Below are positions 20,401-36,887 of a stretch of 64,000 nucleotides of DNA, piece by piece. The notes under the pieces are model-generated. The model did no database searches. It was not told where the DNA came from and saw nothing but the letters and a program-made list of their open reading frames with translations. The DNA comes from a bacterium (GTDB lineage: Bacteria; UBA8248). The position numbers and the translations under genes were made by a program. The stretch spans positions 288,001-352,000 of the forward strand of contig OZ241996.1 in NCBI GenBank assembly GCA_965204535.1. Direction: 5' to 3'. How positions within the stretch are numbered: position 1 is the stretch's first letter; the number at the start of each line of letters is the position of its first letter.

Positions 20401-21501
20401 CAGATCGAGGATGCGGAAATCGAGAGGCTGGAGAAGGACTACGGCGATGAAATCAACATTCTGAACGAGGAGGGCGATGCGAGAATCCGCTCTCTGCTCA
20501 TCGGGCAGCGCGCCCTCGCCGACGTGGTTCACCTCAGGACGAGTGAGAGCCTCTTCGCCAAGGGGGAGGAATTGAACGAGGAGGGCCTCGCGAAGATCAG
20601 CGGTGTCCACCTCCTGAACCTGCCCGTCGATAAGGCGTTGCTCGACCAGATCAAGGTCCTCTCCGACCACACGAACGAACAGGTCGAGCTGCTCGACAGC
20701 ATTCTGCAGGAAAAGATAGCCAAGCTTCAGCGCGGCGACGAGCTTCCCCCCGGCGTTCTCAAGATGGCGAAAGTCTACGTGGCGATGAAACGCAAGCTCC
20801 AGGTGGGCGACAAGATGGCGGGCCGCCACGGCAACAAGGGGGTCGTCTCCATCATCGTTCCCGAGGAGGACATGCCCTATCTCGAAGACGGCACGCCGAT
20901 CGAGATCGTGCTCAACCCCCTCGGCGTGCCCTCGCGCATGAACGTCGGCCAGATTCTGGAGACGAACCTGGGGTGGGCCGCGAAGGTGCTGGGCAAGCAT
21001 TTCGCGACGCCGGTGTTCGACGGCGCGACGGAGCAGGACATCGTGCGCTTTACGGAAGAGGCGGAGTTGCCGCCATACGGCAAAACCCAGCTCTATGACG
21101 GAAGAAACGGCCAGCCCTTCGAGCAGAAGGTTACGGTGGGGATGATCTACATGCTCAAGCTCCACCACCTCGTGGACGACAAGATTCACGCGCGCTCGAC
21201 GGGCCCCTATTCTCTGGTGACGCAGCAGCCCCTCGGCGGCAAGGCGCAATTCGGCGGGCAGCGCCTCGGTGAGATGGAGGTGTGGGCGCTTGAGGCCTAC
21301 GGCGCCGCCAAGACGCTGCAGGAGATATTGACGGTGAAGAGCGATGACGTCTCCGGCCGCACGCGGATTTATGAGTCCATCGTAAAAGGAGAGAACTCGC
21401 TGGAGGCGAGTCTGCCGGAATCCTTCAACGTGTTGATGAAGGAGCTTCAGAGTCTCGCCCTTGATGTCGAATTGATAGAGAGCGGCGAGGCGCCGAGCTA
21501 G
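17455..21501 (+). CDS. rpoB: RNA polymerase beta subunit
   Basis: [33 protein letters not shown] and GGQRLGEME motifs. Confidence 0.99.
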   Translation: MNIKNGKNGRRVREDFASIPAVIDIPNLIDIQLSSYERFLQWEVLPSERRTDEGLEGVFRSVFPISDAAENVTLEYLGYEIGVWESKGNEYPGLGGPGVKDDDGVEVFCRQKHEADECRQRGMTYVAPLRVMLRLTVYEHDEQTKERRVREVKEQKVYLGEIPLMTENGTFIINGTERVVVSQMHRSPGAFFSADKVKPTAKSAFTARLIPYRGSWLDFEFDSKDLLFVRIDRRRKLPVTVLLRAFGLDKDDILNSFYQSEELFYDEKRDTYYKKLSELMVNQRIFEDIVLPETGELVLRSGRKFTRAALRKLQSAGVEILELKDEEVVGGILAQPVADPETGEVLFDTNLEITSEVLAALRDKKIPKLAILYVSGVGADRTIRDTLTSDKCETQEDALVEIYKRLRPGDPPTKETARLLFENLFFNSKRYDLSRIGRLKLNTKLGLNLPLDQRTLTLNDVIATVRYIIELRHGQGVVDDIDHLGNRRVRSVGELLESQFRVGLVRMERAIRERLSIQDMENLLVRDLVNSKMITAAVKEFFGSSQLSQFMDQTNPLSEITHKRRLSALGPGGLTRDRAGFEVRDVHATHYGRICPIETPEGPNIGLIASLSTYARVNQYGFIETPCRKVVNGRVGASVEWLSAIDEDKYKIAQANAPVDDKGNLVNEFVSARTSGEFVMVPREQVDYMDVSPKQLVSVATSLIPFLENDDANRALMGSNMQRQAVPLLRPEAPFVGTGMEGIAARDSGAVVIAQCDGRVASVDATRIVIRATEQAGNLAEEGVYIHNLVKYRRSNQNTCINQKPIVHVGQEVQKGDIIADGFSTDQGELALGRNMLVAFMPWNGYNFEDAIVISEKVVKEDIYTSLHIEEFEIEARDTKQGPEEITRDIPNQSEEALRDLDESGIVRVGARVNPGDVLVGRITPKGETQLSPEEKLLRAIFGEKAGDVRDSSLRVPPGIEGTVVEVRVFSRRGAEKDARMQQIEDAEIERLEKDYGDEINILNEEGDARIRSLLIGQRALADVVHLRTSESLFAKGEELNEEGLAKISGVHLLNLPVDKALLDQIKVLSDHTNEQVELLDSILQEKIAKLQRGDELPPGVLKMAKVYVAMKRKLQVGDKMAGRHGNKGVVSIIVPEEDMPYLEDGTPIEIVLNPLGVPSRMNVGQILETNLGWAAKVLGKHFATPVFDGATEQDIVRFTEEAELPPYGKTQLYDGRNGQPFEQKVTVGMIYMLKLHHLVDDKIHARSTGPYSLVTQQPLGGKAQFGGQRLGEMEVWALEAYGAAKTLQEILTVKSDDVSGRTRIYESIVKGENSLEASLPESFNVLMKELQSLALDVELIESGEAPS

Positions 21502-21585
21502 ACCTGAATTTCTGAGCCTGTTTGTTCGGCGGTTCCATCGGCCGTCGCCCAAGGGATGACGCACATACTCCCAAGGAGGGTTGAA

Positions 21586-25737
<4,152 letters not shown>

Positions 25738-25772
25738 CCCCTTGAAAATATGGATTTTTTCCGCGTGTGAGG

Positions 25773-25800
25773 TTGACAAGAGCGCGTGTAGGGCTATAAT
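25773..25800 (+). promoter_or_regulatory. Sigma70 promoter of the str operon
   Basis: TTGACA-16 bp-TATAAT with perfect hexamers. Confidence 0.85.
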
Positions 25801-25998
25801 CGCCGCTTCGTTGTCTGGAGTGCGTGGTTCTTGAAGTCGTAGAGCCTTGCAAGTAATTGAAATAATTAAGATTATTTGGCTGCCCCATCTCGAGGCTCAG
25901 CCGTAGTCGAAATAAAAGGCCCCGAGATGAGGGCGAAGAACGCTTTGGTCTCGAAAGAGCGGGATTTTTCGGGGCGGCTTTCTCATGATTCGGAGTGA

Positions 25999-26373
25999 AT
26001 GGTGCCGACGATCAGCCAGTTGATACGCAAGGGGCGCAAGCGGATTCAGACGAAAACCGATAGTCCTGCGCTGCGCAATTGTCCCCAGAAGCGCGGCGTT
26101 TGCGTTCGTGTGTATACGACGACGCCCAAGAAGCCGAACTCGGCGCTCCGGAAGGTCGCTCGTGTGCGTCTCACCAATGGCATGGAGGTGACCACCTACA
26201 TCCCCGGAGAGGGACACAACCTTCAGGAACACTCCATCGTCTTGATCCGCGGCGGACGCGTGAAGGATCTGCCCGGCATTCGCTATCACGTCGTTCGGGG
26301 AACGCTCGACAGCGTGGGCGTGGAAGCGCGTCGTAACGGGCGCTCCAAATACGGGGCGAAAAAGCCGAAGTAG
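25999..26373 (+). CDS. rpsL: 30S ribosomal protein S12
   Basis: [12 protein letters not shown] and GGRVKDLPG motifs (start 25999 or GTG 26002). Confidence 0.99.
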   Translation: MVPTISQLIRKGRKRIQTKTDSPALRNCPQKRGVCVRVYTTTPKKPNSALRKVARVRLTNGMEVTTYIPGEGHNLQEHSIVLIRGGRVKDLPGIRYHVVRGTLDSVGVEARRNGRSKYGAKKPK

Positions 26374-26415
26374 GCGGCGTTCTCGTTTCAGGTTCAGCAG
26401 GGAGACTCATATTTC

Positions 26416-26883
26416 ATGGCGAGAAGAAAAAGAGCCACGAAAAGAACCGTTTTGCCGGATCCGAAGTTCAACGACCGGCTGGTAACCAAGTTCATCAACT
26501 CCCTGATGCTCAAGGGGAAGAAGAGTCTGGCCGAGCGCGTGTTCTACGGGGCGATGGACGTGGTGGAGGAGAAGATGAAGGAAGACCCCATCAAGGTCTT
26601 CAAGCGCGCCATGGACAACGTGAAGCCCGCTCTCGAGGTCCGCTCCAGGCGTGTGGGCGGCGCCACCTATCAGGTGCCCGTGGAAGTGCGGCCCGACAGG
26701 CGCACGGCGCTCAGTATCCGCTGGATCATCCAGAACGCGCGGAGCCGGGACAGGAAGATTGCGAACGGCCTCGCCGCCGAGATCATGGACGCTGCGAACG
26801 ATACGGGCGGCGCCGTTCGCCTGAGAGAGAACACGCATCGCATGGCGGAGGCGAACAAAGCCTTCGCACACTATCGTTGGTAG
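26416..26883 (+). CDS. rpsG: 30S ribosomal protein S7
   Basis: [11 protein letters not shown] and [15 protein letters not shown] motifs. Confidence 0.99.
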   Translation: MARRKRATKRTVLPDPKFNDRLVTKFINSLMLKGKKSLAERVFYGAMDVVEEKMKEDPIKVFKRAMDNVKPALEVRSRRVGGATYQVPVEVRPDRRTALSIRWIIQNARSRDRKIANGLAAEIMDAANDTGGAVRLRENTHRMAEANKAFAHYRW

Positions 26884-26901
26884 GCCAGGGAAGGATAGAC
26901 C

Positions 26902-29007
26902 GTGCCCAGCGAAGCGCTCCGGAAAACGAGAAACATCGGCATCATGGCGCATATCGATGCCGGCAAGACGACGACGACCGAGCGCGTCCTGTTCTACACG
27001 GGCCGAACCCACAAAATGGGCGAGGTGCATGACGGCGCGGCCACCATGGACTGGATGGCGCAGGAACAGGAACGCGGCATCACCATCACCTCCGCGGCGA
27101 CGCGCTGCGCCTGGAACGATCACGTCATCAACATCATCGACACGCCCGGCCATGTGGATTTCACGGCAGAGGTGGAGAGAAGCCTGCGGGTTCTCGACGG
27201 CGCTGTGGCGGTGTTCTGCGCCGTGGGCGGCGTGGAGCCGCAAAGCGAGACGGTCTGGCGGCAGGCGGAGAAATACGGCGTTCCCCGCCTCGTGTTCGTC
27301 AACAAGATGGACAGGACGGGCGCGGATTTCCAAAGGGTGGTGAATGAAGTGAGGGAGCGTCTCGCCGCGAACCCGCTCATGCTGCAACTGCCGATCGGGG
27401 CGGAGGAGAATTTCGCCGGCATGGTGGATCTCGTGACCATGAAGGCGCGGGTGTTCGACGACCCGATGGGCGCTTCCTACCGGGAGGCGGAAGTGCCTGA
27501 TAATCTGAAGGACGAAGCGAATGATCTGAGAGAAAAGCTCTTCGACACGCTCTCGATGTTCGATGACTCGTTGGTGGAGAAATACCTGGAAGGCGAGGAG
27601 ATTTCTCCCGAGGAGATTCGGGCCGCAATTCGACAGGGAACGATCTGCGGCGAATTTGTTCCCGTCGTATGCGGCTCCGCGTTTAGGAACAAGGGCGTTC
27701 AACTCCTTCTCGACGCCATCATCGACTACCTTCCCTCTCCTCTCGAAATTCCCCCCGTTCAGGCCGTCTTGTCAGATGAAGATTTGGAACTGGGCAGAAA
27801 GCCCGAGGAGAGAGCGCCCTCGGACGAGGACCCGCTCTGCGCGCTGACTTTCAAGGTCATGACGGACCCTTATGTAGGCCAACTGGTATTTATCCGCGTG
27901 TATTCCGGCGTGCTGAAATCGGGTTCCTCCGTATTGAACACGATCACCGGCAAGCAGGAGCGCGTAGGGCGTCTCATGCGAATGCACGCGAACAAGCGTG
28001 AAGAGATACAGGAGGCCCACGCAGGCGACATCGTCGCCGCCCTGGGCATCAAACAGGCCAAAACGGGCCATACGCTCTGCGCTCCTTCCCACCCCATCCT
28101 TCTTGAAAGCATCAACTTTCCCGAACCCGTTATTTCCATCGCCATCGAGCCGAAGACGAAATCCGACCAGGACAAGCTCGGCAACGCCCTGGCGAGGCTC
28201 TCGGATGAGGACCCGACCTTCCGGGTGCGTTCGGACGAGGAGACGGCGCAGACCATCCTCTCCGGCATGGGGGAGTTGCACCTGGAGATTCTGGTGGACA
28301 GGCTATTTCGGGAATTCGCGCTGGAAGCCAGCGTGGGCAAGCCCCAGGTCGCCTATCGGGAAACGATCCGGGCCGAGGCCGCTGCGCGCGGGCGTTTCGT
28401 GCGCCAATCCGGTGGACGCGGGCAGTTCGGGGACGTGGAGATCACCATCAGACCGCTCGTTCCGGGCGGCGGGTTTCAGTTCGTCAACAAGATTGTGGGC
28501 GGCGTGATTCCGAGAGAATACATCCCGGCGGTCGAGAATGGCGTCAGAGAAGCCATGGAGAACGGGGTTTTGGCCGGATATCCGTTGCTCGACATCGAGG
28601 TCACGCTTTTCGATGGTTCGTTCCACCAGGTGGACAGTTCGGAGGTGGCCTTCAAAATCGCAGGCTCCATGGCCTTCCGGGAGGCCGCGAAGAAGGCGAA
28701 GCCCGTTCTGCTCGAGCCGATCATGGATATGGAAGTAGTGTGCCCCTCGGATTTTCTGGGTGATGTCATGGGAGACCTCACCTCCCGGCGCGGCCGGATT
28801 CGAGAGATGGATGACAGGGCGGGCGCCAAGGTGGTGAACGCCTCCGTCCCGCTCTCGGAAATGTTCGGTTACGCGACCGACGTTCGGTCGATGACCCAGG
28901 GCAGGGCGACCTATACGATGCAGTTTGGCCGATATGAAGAGATGCCGCGCCAGCTTGCCGAGGAGTTGATGGCGAAAAACGCAGGCACGGCGGTCGAAAC
29001 GGTATAG
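26902..29007 (+). CDS. fusA: Elongation factor G
   Basis: [25 protein letters not shown] and RSMTQGRA motifs. Confidence 0.99.
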   Translation: MPSEALRKTRNIGIMAHIDAGKTTTTERVLFYTGRTHKMGEVHDGAATMDWMAQEQERGITITSAATRCAWNDHVINIIDTPGHVDFTAEVERSLRVLDGAVAVFCAVGGVEPQSETVWRQAEKYGVPRLVFVNKMDRTGADFQRVVNEVRERLAANPLMLQLPIGAEENFAGMVDLVTMKARVFDDPMGASYREAEVPDNLKDEANDLREKLFDTLSMFDDSLVEKYLEGEEISPEEIRAAIRQGTICGEFVPVVCGSAFRNKGVQLLLDAIIDYLPSPLEIPPVQAVLSDEDLELGRKPEERAPSDEDPLCALTFKVMTDPYVGQLVFIRVYSGVLKSGSSVLNTITGKQERVGRLMRMHANKREEIQEAHAGDIVAALGIKQAKTGHTLCAPSHPILLESINFPEPVISIAIEPKTKSDQDKLGNALARLSDEDPTFRVRSDEETAQTILSGMGELHLEILVDRLFREFALEASVGKPQVAYRETIRAEAAARGRFVRQSGGRGQFGDVEITIRPLVPGGGFQFVNKIVGGVIPREYIPAVENGVREAMENGVLAGYPLLDIEVTLFDGSFHQVDSSEVAFKIAGSMAFREAAKKAKPVLLEPIMDMEVVCPSDFLGDVMGDLTSRRGRIREMDDRAGAKVVNASVPLSEMFGYATDVRSMTQGRATYTMQFGRYEEMPRQLAEELMAKNAGTAVETV

Positions 29008-29077
29008 GCAGGTATATCTGGAGGGGGCGGGCGTGAGCCGCCCTCTTTGATTTTCTATCAGAAGGAGAATTCGCGTC

Positions 29078-30256
29078 ATGGCGAAGGCGAAGTTTGAGCG
29101 CACGAAGCCGCACGTGAACGTGGGGACGATAGGTCACGTGGACCACGGGAAGACGACGTTGACGGCCGCGATCACGAGGCACCTCTCGCAGAAGGGGATG
29201 GCGGAGGAGATCGGGTTCGACGAGATCGACAAGGCGCCCGAGGAGCGCGAACGCGGCATCACGATAGCGACGGCGCACGTGGAATACGAGACGGAGAACC
29301 GCCACTACGCGCACGTGGACTGTCCGGGCCATGCGGACTACGTGAAGAACATGATAACGGGCGCGGCGCAGATGGACGGCGCGATACTGGTGGTATCGGC
29401 GGCGGACGGACCGATGCCGCAGACGCGCGAGCACATCCTGCTGGCCCGCCAGGTGGGGGTACCCTACATCTGCGTGTATCTCAACAAAGTCGACATGGTG
29501 GACGACGAGGAGCTCCTGGAGCTGGTGGAGCTGGAAGTCCGCGAGCTTCTCTCGACCTACGAGTTCCCGGGCGACGACATCCCGGTGGTGCCGGGTTCCG
29601 CGCTGAGGGCCCTGGAGGGTACGGACACCTCCTCGATAGACGAGTTGATGGAGGCGGTGGACGGCTACATCCCCGAACCCGTCCGCGACGTCGACAAGCC
29701 GTTCCTGATGCCTGTTGAGGATGTTTTCTCGATCTCCGGCCGGGGTACGGTGGCGACGGGCCGCGTGGAGCGGGGCATCGTGAACGTTGGGGATGAGGTG
29801 GAGATCGTGGGCATCACGGACACGAGGAAGACCGTCGCCACGGGCGTGGAGATGTTCCGAAAGCTCCTGGACCAGGGCCAGGCGGGGGACAACGTGGGCG
29901 TATTGCTCCGGGGTGTGAAGAAAGACGAGATAGAGCGCGGCCAGGTGCTGGCGGAGCCGGCGTCGATCAAGCCGCACTTAAAGTTCAAGGGCGAGGTGTA
30001 CATCCTGACGAAAGAAGAGGGCGGCCGCCACACGCCGTTTTTCAACGGGTACCGCCCTCAGTTTTATTTCCGCACGACGGACGTGACGGGTCTGGTGACG
30101 CTGCCCGAGGGGCGAGAGATGGTGATGCCGGGTGACAACGTGTCGCTGGACGTGGAGTTGATCACGCCGATAGCGATGGAGCGCGAGCTACGCTTCGCGA
30201 TACGCGAGGGAGGCCGCACGGTGGGGGCCGGCGTCGTCACCGAGGTCGTCGAGTAG
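29078..30256 (+). CDS. tuf: Elongation factor Tu (copy 2)
   Basis: Near-identical to 12878-14056. Confidence 0.99.
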   Translation: MAKAKFERTKPHVNVGTIGHVDHGKTTLTAAITRHLSQKGMAEEIGFDEIDKAPEERERGITIATAHVEYETENRHYAHVDCPGHADYVKNMITGAAQMDGAILVVSAADGPMPQTREHILLARQVGVPYICVYLNKVDMVDDEELLELVELEVRELLSTYEFPGDDIPVVPGSALRALEGTDTSSIDELMEAVDGYIPEPVRDVDKPFLMPVEDVFSISGRGTVATGRVERGIVNVGDEVEIVGITDTRKTVATGVEMFRKLLDQGQAGDNVGVLLRGVKKDEIERGQVLAEPASIKPHLKFKGEVYILTKEEGGRHTPFFNGYRPQFYFRTTDVTGLVTLPEGREMVMPGDNVSLDVELITPIAMERELRFAIREGGRTVGAGVVTEVVE

Positions 30257-30280
30257 AGAGATGGAAGGATAGCGGGGGAA

Positions 30281-30589
30281 ATGAGCCAGAAGATTCGGAT
30301 TCGACTCAAGGCATACGATCACCGTCTGCTGGACCAATCGGTGGGCGAGATCGTCGATACGGTGAAGCGAACGGGCGCTTCGCTGGTGGGGCCGGTGCCG
30401 CTGCCCACTTCCATCAACAAGTACACGGTGCTGCGCGGCCCGCACATCGACAAGAAATCGAGAGAGCAGTTCGAGATCCGGACGCACAAAAGGCTCGTGG
30501 ATATCATGGAGCCGACCCAGCAGACGGTGGATGCGCTCATGAAGCTCGAACTCGCCGCAGGCGTAGACGTCGAAATCAAGCTGAACTAA
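30281..30589 (+). CDS. rpsJ: 30S ribosomal protein S10
   Basis: [10 protein letters not shown] and KKSREQFE motifs. Confidence 0.99.
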   Translation: MSQKIRIRLKAYDHRLLDQSVGEIVDTVKRTGASLVGPVPLPTSINKYTVLRGPHIDKKSREQFEIRTHKRLVDIMEPTQQTVDALMKLELAAGVDVEIKLN

Positions 30590-30602
30590 CCGGGATGATG
30601 TG

Positions 30603-31316
30603 ATGGAATTTTTGCTTGGTCGAAAAATCGGGATGACCCAGGTGTTTTCGCCGGATGGCGGAGCGATCTCGGTGACGGTGGTCGAGGCGGGTCCTTGCAC
30701 CGTCGTGCAGCGCAAGACCGAGGAGAATGACGGCTACGCGGCCGTTCAGCTCGGGTACATGCCCCGGAAAGAAAAGGGCCTCTCGAAAGCGGCTTTGGGC
30801 CATTTCCAGAAAGCGGGGACGCAGCCGTTTCGATATCTGAAGGAAGTTCCGCTGGAGGATGAGGACGCGGCACTCGAGGCGGGCAGCCTCATCGACGTGA
30901 CGATATTCGATCGCGGCGACCGGCTCGACGTGACGGGCACGAGCAAGGGGCGCGGCTTCGCGGGCGTGATGAAGCGTCATGGATTCGGCGGCGGGCCCGC
31001 CTCCCACGGCGGCATGTTCGATCGCCTGCCGGGGGCGATGGGCGCTTCGGCGTATCCCTCGAAGATCATCAAGGGCAAGAAGATGCCGGGCCAGATGGGG
31101 AACGAAAAGGTCACCACGCAGGGACTCCTGGTGGTGGACGTCATCCCCGAGGAGAATCTGCTTCTGCTCAGGGGCGCCGTGCCCGGAGCGAACGATGGAT
31201 TTGTGGTTTTGCGCAAGAGCGTCAAGGGCAACAGGGGCGGGCTGGAAAAACCGAAGGAGCAGGCCAGGAGCCTGAACCCCCTGAAGGCTTCGAAGCGGGC
31301 CGCGCGAGGGAATTGA
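30603..31316 (+). CDS. rplC: 50S ribosomal protein L3
   Basis: GRKIGMTQVF, SKGRGFAG and RGAVPG motifs. Confidence 0.98.
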   Translation: MEFLLGRKIGMTQVFSPDGGAISVTVVEAGPCTVVQRKTEENDGYAAVQLGYMPRKEKGLSKAALGHFQKAGTQPFRYLKEVPLEDEDAALEAGSLIDVTIFDRGDRLDVTGTSKGRGFAGVMKRHGFGGGPASHGGMFDRLPGAMGASAYPSKIIKGKKMPGQMGNEKVTTQGLLVVDVIPEENLLLLRGAVPGANDGFVVLRKSVKGNRGGLEKPKEQARSLNPLKASKRAARGN

Positions 31317-31324
31317 GGAACGAC

Positions 31325-31951
31325 ATGCCCCGGATTGATGTGTATGACTTGGAAGGCCAGGTGGTGGAGCAGATGGATCTGCCCGAGTCCGTTTTTGACG
31401 GTGAGGTGAAGGTGCACCTGATCCACCAGATGGTGAAGGCGCAACTCGCGGCGCGGCGCGCAGGCACGCATTCGACGCTGACGCGCAAGGAAGTGCACGG
31501 CACGGGCGCGAAGCCTTTTCGCCAAAAGGGCGGGGGACGCGCTCGCGCGGGCGACGTCAAATCCCCGATATGGCGGCACGGGGGGGTCACCTTCGGCCCC
31601 AAACCGCGCGATTACACCCAAAAGATGAACAAGAAGATGAAAAGCGGCGCACTCCGGAGCGCCCTGAATCTGAAATGGAAAGAAGGAAAACTGCTCGTCG
31701 TGCGCGACCTCAATCTGCCCGAGCCCAAGACGCGCCTCATGGCGGAAGTCATCGAGAACCTGAACCTCGGGCGCAAGGCGTTAATCGTGGACGACGGGGG
31801 TGAGCGGAATTTCGAGTTGGCGACGAGAAACATCAAGGGCGCGAAACCGATGAGGCCCGAGGGTCTGAACGTATACGACATCATGGGTCACGAGCACCTC
31901 GTTTGCACCAAGGGCGCGCTCGGCGGCATCTCGGAAAGGTTGGCGGGCTAG
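31325..31951 (+). CDS. rplD: 50S ribosomal protein L4
   Basis: KPFRQKG.GRARAG and GGVTFGPKPRDY motifs. Confidence 0.98.
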   Translation: MPRIDVYDLEGQVVEQMDLPESVFDGEVKVHLIHQMVKAQLAARRAGTHSTLTRKEVHGTGAKPFRQKGGGRARAGDVKSPIWRHGGVTFGPKPRDYTQKMNKKMKSGALRSALNLKWKEGKLLVVRDLNLPEPKTRLMAEVIENLNLGRKALIVDDGGERNFELATRNIKGAKPMRPEGLNVYDIMGHEHLVCTKGALGGISERLAG

Positions 31952-31954
31952 GTC

Positions 31955-32242
31955 ATGGAAAACACGTCCATCATCCGCAGACCCTGCGTAACGGAAAAAA
32001 GCATCGCGAGCACCGAGGAGGCGAACAAGGTCGTCTTCGAAGTAGCTATCGGAGCAAACAAGATAGAGATAAAAAAAGCGGTGCAGGAGTTGTTCGGCGT
32101 TACGGTGCTGAACGTGAACACGATGCGGGTGCCCGGCAAGAAGGTTCGCATGGGCCGTCACCAGGGCGTCAAGCCCGCATGGAAAAAAGCGATTGTGACG
32201 CTTCGCGAAGGCGACACGATCGAATTTTTTGAATCTACCTAG
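31955..32242 (+). CDS. rplW: 50S ribosomal protein L23
   Basis: [15 protein letters not shown] and WKKAIVTL motifs. Confidence 0.97.
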   Translation: MENTSIIRRPCVTEKSIASTEEANKVVFEVAIGANKIEIKKAVQELFGVTVLNVNTMRVPGKKVRMGRHQGVKPAWKKAIVTLREGDTIEFFEST

Positions 32243-32259
32243 ATTTTGAGGCGCGTGTC

Positions 32260-33090
32260 ATGCCGGTGAAAAAATACAAGCCGACTTCTCCGGGGCGGAG
32301 GTTCCAGGACGTTCTCGTGCGGGACGAGATTACGACGGATCGGCCCGAGAAATCCCTGACCAAGGGGATGTCGAAATCCGGCGGACGGAACAACCGGGGC
32401 CGCATCACCACCTATCAGAGGGGCGGAGGCCACAAGCGCCGCTACCGGGTGGTGGATTTTCGGCGCGAGAAAACCGGCGTGCCCGGCAAGGTGCGCTCGA
32501 TCGAATATGATCCGAACCGCTCCGCGCGGTTGGCGCTCATCGTCTATCTCGACGGGGAGAAGCGCTACATCATCGCGCCCGATGGGCTGGAAGTGGGCGC
32601 GACCATAAGCTCCGGGCCGGAGGCGGAAATCCGCGTCGGCAACGCGCTGCCCGTGGACCGGATTCCGCTGGGCACCACGTGCCACAACATCGAGATGAAG
32701 CCGGGGCGCGGCGGGCAGATCGCCCGCAGCGCGGGCGTGAGCGCCCAGCTCATGGCGAAGGAGGGGAATTACGCGCAGTTTCGGCTCTCCTCCGGAGAGG
32801 TCCGCATGATTCACCTTTCCTGCTACGCCACGATAGGCGAGGTGGGAAATTCGGACCACAGCAACGTGAGTCTCGGCAAGGCGGGGCGAAAGCGGTGGCT
32901 GGGTCGTCGTCCCAACGTTCGCGGCGTGGCCATGAATCCGGTGGATCACCCGCTGGGTGGCGGCGAGGGCAAGAGTTCGGGAGGCAGGCACCCGGTGACA
33001 CCGTGGGGCAAGCCGACGAAAGGCTACAAGACGCGCAAGAAGGATAAGCCTTCTTCTAAATTCATCGTGCGGCGAAGAAAATCCAGGTAG
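32260..33090 (+). CDS. rplB: 50S ribosomal protein L2
   Basis: IEYDPNRSA and [11 protein letters not shown] motifs. Confidence 0.99.
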   Translation: MPVKKYKPTSPGRRFQDVLVRDEITTDRPEKSLTKGMSKSGGRNNRGRITTYQRGGGHKRRYRVVDFRREKTGVPGKVRSIEYDPNRSARLALIVYLDGEKRYIIAPDGLEVGATISSGPEAEIRVGNALPVDRIPLGTTCHNIEMKPGRGGQIARSAGVSAQLMAKEGNYAQFRLSSGEVRMIHLSCYATIGEVGNSDHSNVSLGKAGRKRWLGRRPNVRGVAMNPVDHPLGGGEGKSSGGRHPVTPWGKPTKGYKTRKKDKPSSKFIVRRRKSR

Positions 33091-33116
33091 CCGGATTTCA
33101 GGGAGATTGGATAGCG

Positions 33117-33401
33117 ATGCCACGTTCTCTTCACAAGGGCCCATTCGTAGATGCGCACCTCCGCAAGAAAGTGGAGGCGATGGACGAGAGCGGCGAGAAG
33201 CGGATGATCAGGACCTGGTCGAGGCGCTCCACCATTGTACCGGATTTCGTGGGCCATACGTTCGCCGTGCATAACGGCAAGAAATTCGTGCCCGTGTACG
33301 TGACGGAGAACATGGTGGGCTTCAAGCTCGGGGATTTTTCCCCCACCCGCACCTTCCGCTCGCATTCGGGAATGACGAAGCGGCAGGTTACGCTGAAGTA
33401 G
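33117..33401 (+). CDS. rpsS: 30S ribosomal protein S19
   Basis: [14 protein letters not shown] and HNGK motifs. Confidence 0.98.
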   Translation: MPRSLHKGPFVDAHLRKKVEAMDESGEKRMIRTWSRRSTIVPDFVGHTFAVHNGKKFVPVYVTENMVGFKLGDFSPTRTFRSHSGMTKRQVTLK

Positions 33402-33438
33402 GCTTTGGCGGGTCGGTCGAAACAGGCAAGGGAATGAC

Positions 33439-33774
33439 ATGTCGAAGGCGATTTTGAAATATCACCGCGCCAAGCCGCGCAAGACGCGCCAGATAGCGGA
33501 TATGATCCGCGGCAAGCGGGTGGCGGACGCTCTCAACCTGTTGCGCCTGTCCACGCGCTCATCGGCCAAGGTGGTGGAGAAGGTGCTTCTCTCCGCGCTC
33601 GCGAACGCCACCGACAAGGGGGAGCATGACGATCCCGAAGGTCTCATCGTGAAGAGCGTTCGGGTCGACGTGGGGCCGACGCTCAAGCGGTTCCGCGCCC
33701 GTGCGCGCGGGCGCATCGGCCGCGTCAAACACAGAAGTTGCCACATTCGCGTGGATATCGGCGAAGCGAATTAG
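33439..33774 (+). CDS. rplV: 50S ribosomal protein L22
   Basis: IRGK, SALANA and [14 protein letters not shown] motifs. Confidence 0.97.
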   Translation: MSKAILKYHRAKPRKTRQIADMIRGKRVADALNLLRLSTRSSAKVVEKVLLSALANATDKGEHDDPEGLIVKSVRVDVGPTLKRFRARARGRIGRVKHRSCHIRVDIGEAN

Positions 33775-33784
33775 GGGGATACAA

Positions 33785-34447
33785 ATGGGTCAAAAAGTTC
33801 ACCCCATCGGTTTTCGGGTCGGCATCACCAGAGGCTGGAATTCGCACTGGTTCGCCAAGCACAATTTCGGCGACCTGCTTCTGGACGATCAGCGCATCCG
33901 CAAGTACGTGAAGGAGCGCCTCTCGCACGCAGGCGTGAGCAACGTGGAGATAGAGCGGGCGAGCGAGCGTGCGCGCATCAACATCTGGACGGCCCGGCCG
34001 GGCATCATCATCGGAAAGCGCGGTGCCGAGGTGGACAGGCTGAAGGCGGATCTGCAGGAACTCACCGGCAACCAGGTGAACGTGAACATCAAGGAAGTGC
34101 GAAAGGCCGAGATGGACGCCCAGCTCGTGGCCGAGAACATCGCCATGCAGCTCGAGCGCCGGATCGCCTTTCGCCGGGCGATGAAAAAAGCGGTGACCTC
34201 TGCCCTTCGCTTCGGCGCCAAGGGCGTGAAGATTCAGTGTTCCGGCAGGCTCGGGGGCGCCGAGATTGCGCGAACCGAGTGGTACCGGGAGGGCCGCGTG
34301 CCGCTTCAGACCCTTCGCGCGGACATCGACTACGGGTTCGCCGAAGGCAAGACGACATACGGAATCATCGGAGTGAAGGTCTGGATATTCAGGGGCGAGA
34401 TGATCCGGCAAGCGAGAAGAACGCCTTCCCAGACGCTGGGTTCGTAA
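33785..34447 (+). CDS. rpsC: 30S ribosomal protein S3
   Basis: [21 protein letters not shown] and [13 protein letters not shown] motifs. Confidence 0.99.
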   Translation: MGQKVHPIGFRVGITRGWNSHWFAKHNFGDLLLDDQRIRKYVKERLSHAGVSNVEIERASERARINIWTARPGIIIGKRGAEVDRLKADLQELTGNQVNVNIKEVRKAEMDAQLVAENIAMQLERRIAFRRAMKKAVTSALRFGAKGVKIQCSGRLGGAEIARTEWYREGRVPLQTLRADIDYGFAEGKTTYGIIGVKVWIFRGEMIRQARRTPSQTLGS

Positions 34448-34467
34448 CAGGCGCTTAGGAGCGAGAC

Positions 34468-34875
34468 ATGCTGCAACCGAAAAGAACGAAGTTCAGAAAG
34501 ACGCAGAAGGGTCGTCTGGACGGCAAGGCCCAGCGCGGCTCGACGCTCTCGTTCGGCTCCTACGGGCTTCAAACCCTGGAGACGGCGCACATTACGGCGC
34601 GCCAGATCGAGGCGGCCCGCATCGCGATGACGCGCCACGTCAAGCGCGGTGGGCGGATATGGATTCGTCTTTTCCCCGATAAGCCCATGTGCAAGAAACC
34701 GGCCGAGGTTCGCATGGGCAAGGGCAAGGGTTCGCCCGAGTACTGGGTGGCGCCCGTGCGCGCGGGCAGGATTCTCTACGAGATGGACGGCGTCGCCGAC
34801 GATGTCGCCCGCGAGGCGCTGCGCCTGGCCGCCCAGAAGCTGCCGTGCAAAACCAGGATTGTAACCTCTTCCTGA
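34468..34875 (+). CDS. rplP: 50S ribosomal protein L16
   Basis: [11 protein letters not shown] and RMGKGKG motifs. Confidence 0.99.
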   Translation: MLQPKRTKFRKTQKGRLDGKAQRGSTLSFGSYGLQTLETAHITARQIEAARIAMTRHVKRGGRIWIRLFPDKPMCKKPAEVRMGKGKGSPEYWVAPVRAGRILYEMDGVADDVAREALRLAAQKLPCKTRIVTSS

Positions 34876-34888
34876 GGGGGATGATGGC

Positions 34889-35110
34889 GTGAAATACGGC
34901 GAGGTCCTCGAACTGAGCGATGATGAACTCGGGTTCAAGGAGAACGAATTGCGTCAGGAGTTGTTCAACCTGCGTTTTCGAAAGGCGACGGGCCAACTGG
35001 ACAACACGGCGCGCATCGGACTGTTGAAGCGGGATTTGGCGCGGGTGTTGACTTCAAAGCGTGAGCGCGAAAGCGCGCAGGCCGCGGGCGCCGAGGGAGA
35101 GGGATCGTAG
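34889..35110 (+). CDS. rpmC: 50S ribosomal protein L29
   Basis: ELFNLRF..ATGQL motif; position in operon. Confidence 0.95.
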   Translation: MKYGEVLELSDDELGFKENELRQELFNLRFRKATGQLDNTARIGLLKRDLARVLTSKRERESAQAAGAEGEGS

Positions 35111-35371
35111 ATGAGTGATGTTCGAGGCAGGCGGAAGGTTCGGGAAGGAAGAGTCGTAAGCGACGTGATGGACAAGACCGCCACCGTCGAGGTGGTGCGC
35201 ATGTTCAAGCATACGACCTTCAAGCGCGTCGTGCGCAGGCGAAAGAAATACCTGGTTCACGACGAGGAGAACTCACTCAATACGGGAGACAGGGTGCGCA
35301 TCATCGAAACCAGGCCGATGAGCCGGAGGAAGCGCTGGCGTCTTCTGGATGTAATCGAGCGCAGCAAGTAG
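35111..35371 (+). CDS. rpsQ: 30S ribosomal protein S17
   Basis: VVSDVMDKT, HDE and ETRPMSRRKRW motifs. Confidence 0.97.
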   Translation: MSDVRGRRKVREGRVVSDVMDKTATVEVVRMFKHTTFKRVVRRRKKYLVHDEENSLNTGDRVRIIETRPMSRRKRWRLLDVIERSK

Positions 35372-35383
35372 GGAACCGAAAAA

Positions 35384-35752
35384 ATGATTCAGGTCGAAAC
35401 AATGTGCAGCGTGGCGGACAATTCGGGGGCGAAGCGCGCCCAGTGCATCAAGGTATTGGGCGGCTCGCGGCGGCGGTACGCGCGGATCGGCGACATCATC
35501 GTCGTGGCGATCAAGGAAGCCGTGCCGAACAGTCCCGTGAAAAAAGGAGAAGTCCGGCGCGCCGTCGTCGTTCGAACCGTCAAGGAGACCGGGCGCGAGG
35601 ACGGCACCTACATTCGCTTCGACGACAATGCCGTCGTCATCATCAATGAGGCGCGCGAACCGATGGGGACGCGCATTTTCGGGCCCGTGGCCCGCGAGTT
35701 GAGACGCAAGCGGTTCATGCGCATCGTTTCGCTCGCGCCTGAGGTTCTGTGA
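35384..35752 (+). CDS. rplN: 50S ribosomal protein L14
   Basis: [13 protein letters not shown] and SLAPEVL motifs. Confidence 0.99.
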   Translation: MIQVETMCSVADNSGAKRAQCIKVLGGSRRRYARIGDIIVVAIKEAVPNSPVKKGEVRRAVVVRTVKETGREDGTYIRFDDNAVVIINEAREPMGTRIFGPVARELRRKRFMRIVSLAPEVL

Positions 35753-35760
35753 GGAACGAG

Positions 35761-36099
35761 ATGGGTTCGAGTTCAAAGAAAACGCATGTAAAAAAAGGCG
35801 ACATCGTTCAGGTGATCGCCGGACGCGAGAAGGGGAAGACCGGCAAGGTGCTCCAGGTGCTCAAGGATGAGAACCGTGTCATCGTCGAGAAGGTGAACAT
35901 CGTGAAGCGGCACACGAAGCCGAGCCAGGGGCAGCAGCAAGGCGGTATTCTGGAGCGGGAGGGCAAGATACATATTTCCAACGTCATGCCCGTGGACCCG
36001 AAGACCAACCAGCCTTCGCGGATTCGGAGAAAGCGGCTCGAAGACGGCGCGCATGTGCGCGTGACGCATAGCAGCGGCGAATTGCTCGATACGGTGTAG
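35761..36099 (+). CDS. rplX: 50S ribosomal protein L24
   Basis: [19 protein letters not shown] motif and IHISNV. Confidence 0.97.
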   Translation: MGSSSKKTHVKKGDIVQVIAGREKGKTGKVLQVLKDENRVIVEKVNIVKRHTKPSQGQQQGGILEREGKIHISNVMPVDPKTNQPSRIRRKRLEDGAHVRVTHSSGELLDTV

Positions 36100-36122
36100 A
36101 AGAAAGAAGGATTTGATTCGAA

Positions 36123-36674
36123 ATGGCGTACGTGCCCAGAATGTTGCAGCTTTATCGTGACGAAATCGTGGAAAAACTCCGCAAGGAGTTTGAATACGCC
36201 AACGTCATGCAGATTCCGCGGCTTGTGAAGGTCACTCTGAACATGGGTCTTGGGGAGGCCGTACAGAATGCGGCGACTCTGGAGAACGGCGTCGCCGAGT
36301 TGACGAGCATTGCGGGCCAGAAGCCCGTCATCACACGCGCGAGGAAATCCATCGCGAATTTCAAGCTGCGCGAGGGCATGCCCATCGGGGCGATGGTGAC
36401 GCTTCGCGGCGCGCGGATGTGGGATTTCGCGGACCGGCTGGTGAACGTGGCGCTCCCCCGCGTGCGCGATTTCAGGGGCTTGAGTCCAAAGTCTTTCGAC
36501 GGGCGCGGAAACTACAGCCTCGGGATACGCGAGCAGCTCATTTTCCCCGAAATCGATATCGACAAGGTGGAGAGATCCCGTGGCATCGGGGTGGTCCTGA
36601 ACACATCGGCGAACACGGATGAAGAGGGCAGGGCGCTGCTTCGCGAGTTGGGCGTCCCCTTCCGGGCGAGTTAA
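36123..36674 (+). CDS. rplE: 50S ribosomal protein L5
   Basis: FKLREG and LPRVRDFRG motifs. Confidence 0.99.
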   Translation: MAYVPRMLQLYRDEIVEKLRKEFEYANVMQIPRLVKVTLNMGLGEAVQNAATLENGVAELTSIAGQKPVITRARKSIANFKLREGMPIGAMVTLRGARMWDFADRLVNVALPRVRDFRGLSPKSFDGRGNYSLGIREQLIFPEIDIDKVERSRGIGVVLNTSANTDEEGRALLRELGVPFRAS

Positions 36675-36685
36675 GAGGAAATACA

Positions 36686-36871
36686 GTGGCGAAAAAATGC
36701 TTGATTGCGAAACAGAAGAAGCCGCCCAAGTTCGGCGTGCGTGCGTATAACCGCTGCCAGCGTTGCGGACGTTCGCGAGGCTACTTGAGGCGTTTCAAGA
36801 TTTGTCGGATTTGTTTCCGTGAATTGGCGCTCAAGGGCGAAATTCCGGGAGTCACGAAGTCGAGTTGGTAG
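36686..36871 (+). CDS. rpsN: 30S ribosomal protein S14, short Zn-binding type
   Basis: 61 aa with CQRC...CRIC and IPGVTKSSW. Confidence 0.97.
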   Translation: MAKKCLIAKQKKPPKFGVRAYNRCQRCGRSRGYLRRFKICRICFRELALKGEIPGVTKSSW

Positions 36872-36887
36872 CCGGAGAACAAAGCGT

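Noticed and set aside
25850-25862. IHF-like site CAAGTAATTGAAA in the rpsL leader
   Set aside because: One mismatch in an AT-rich patch; too weak to support alone
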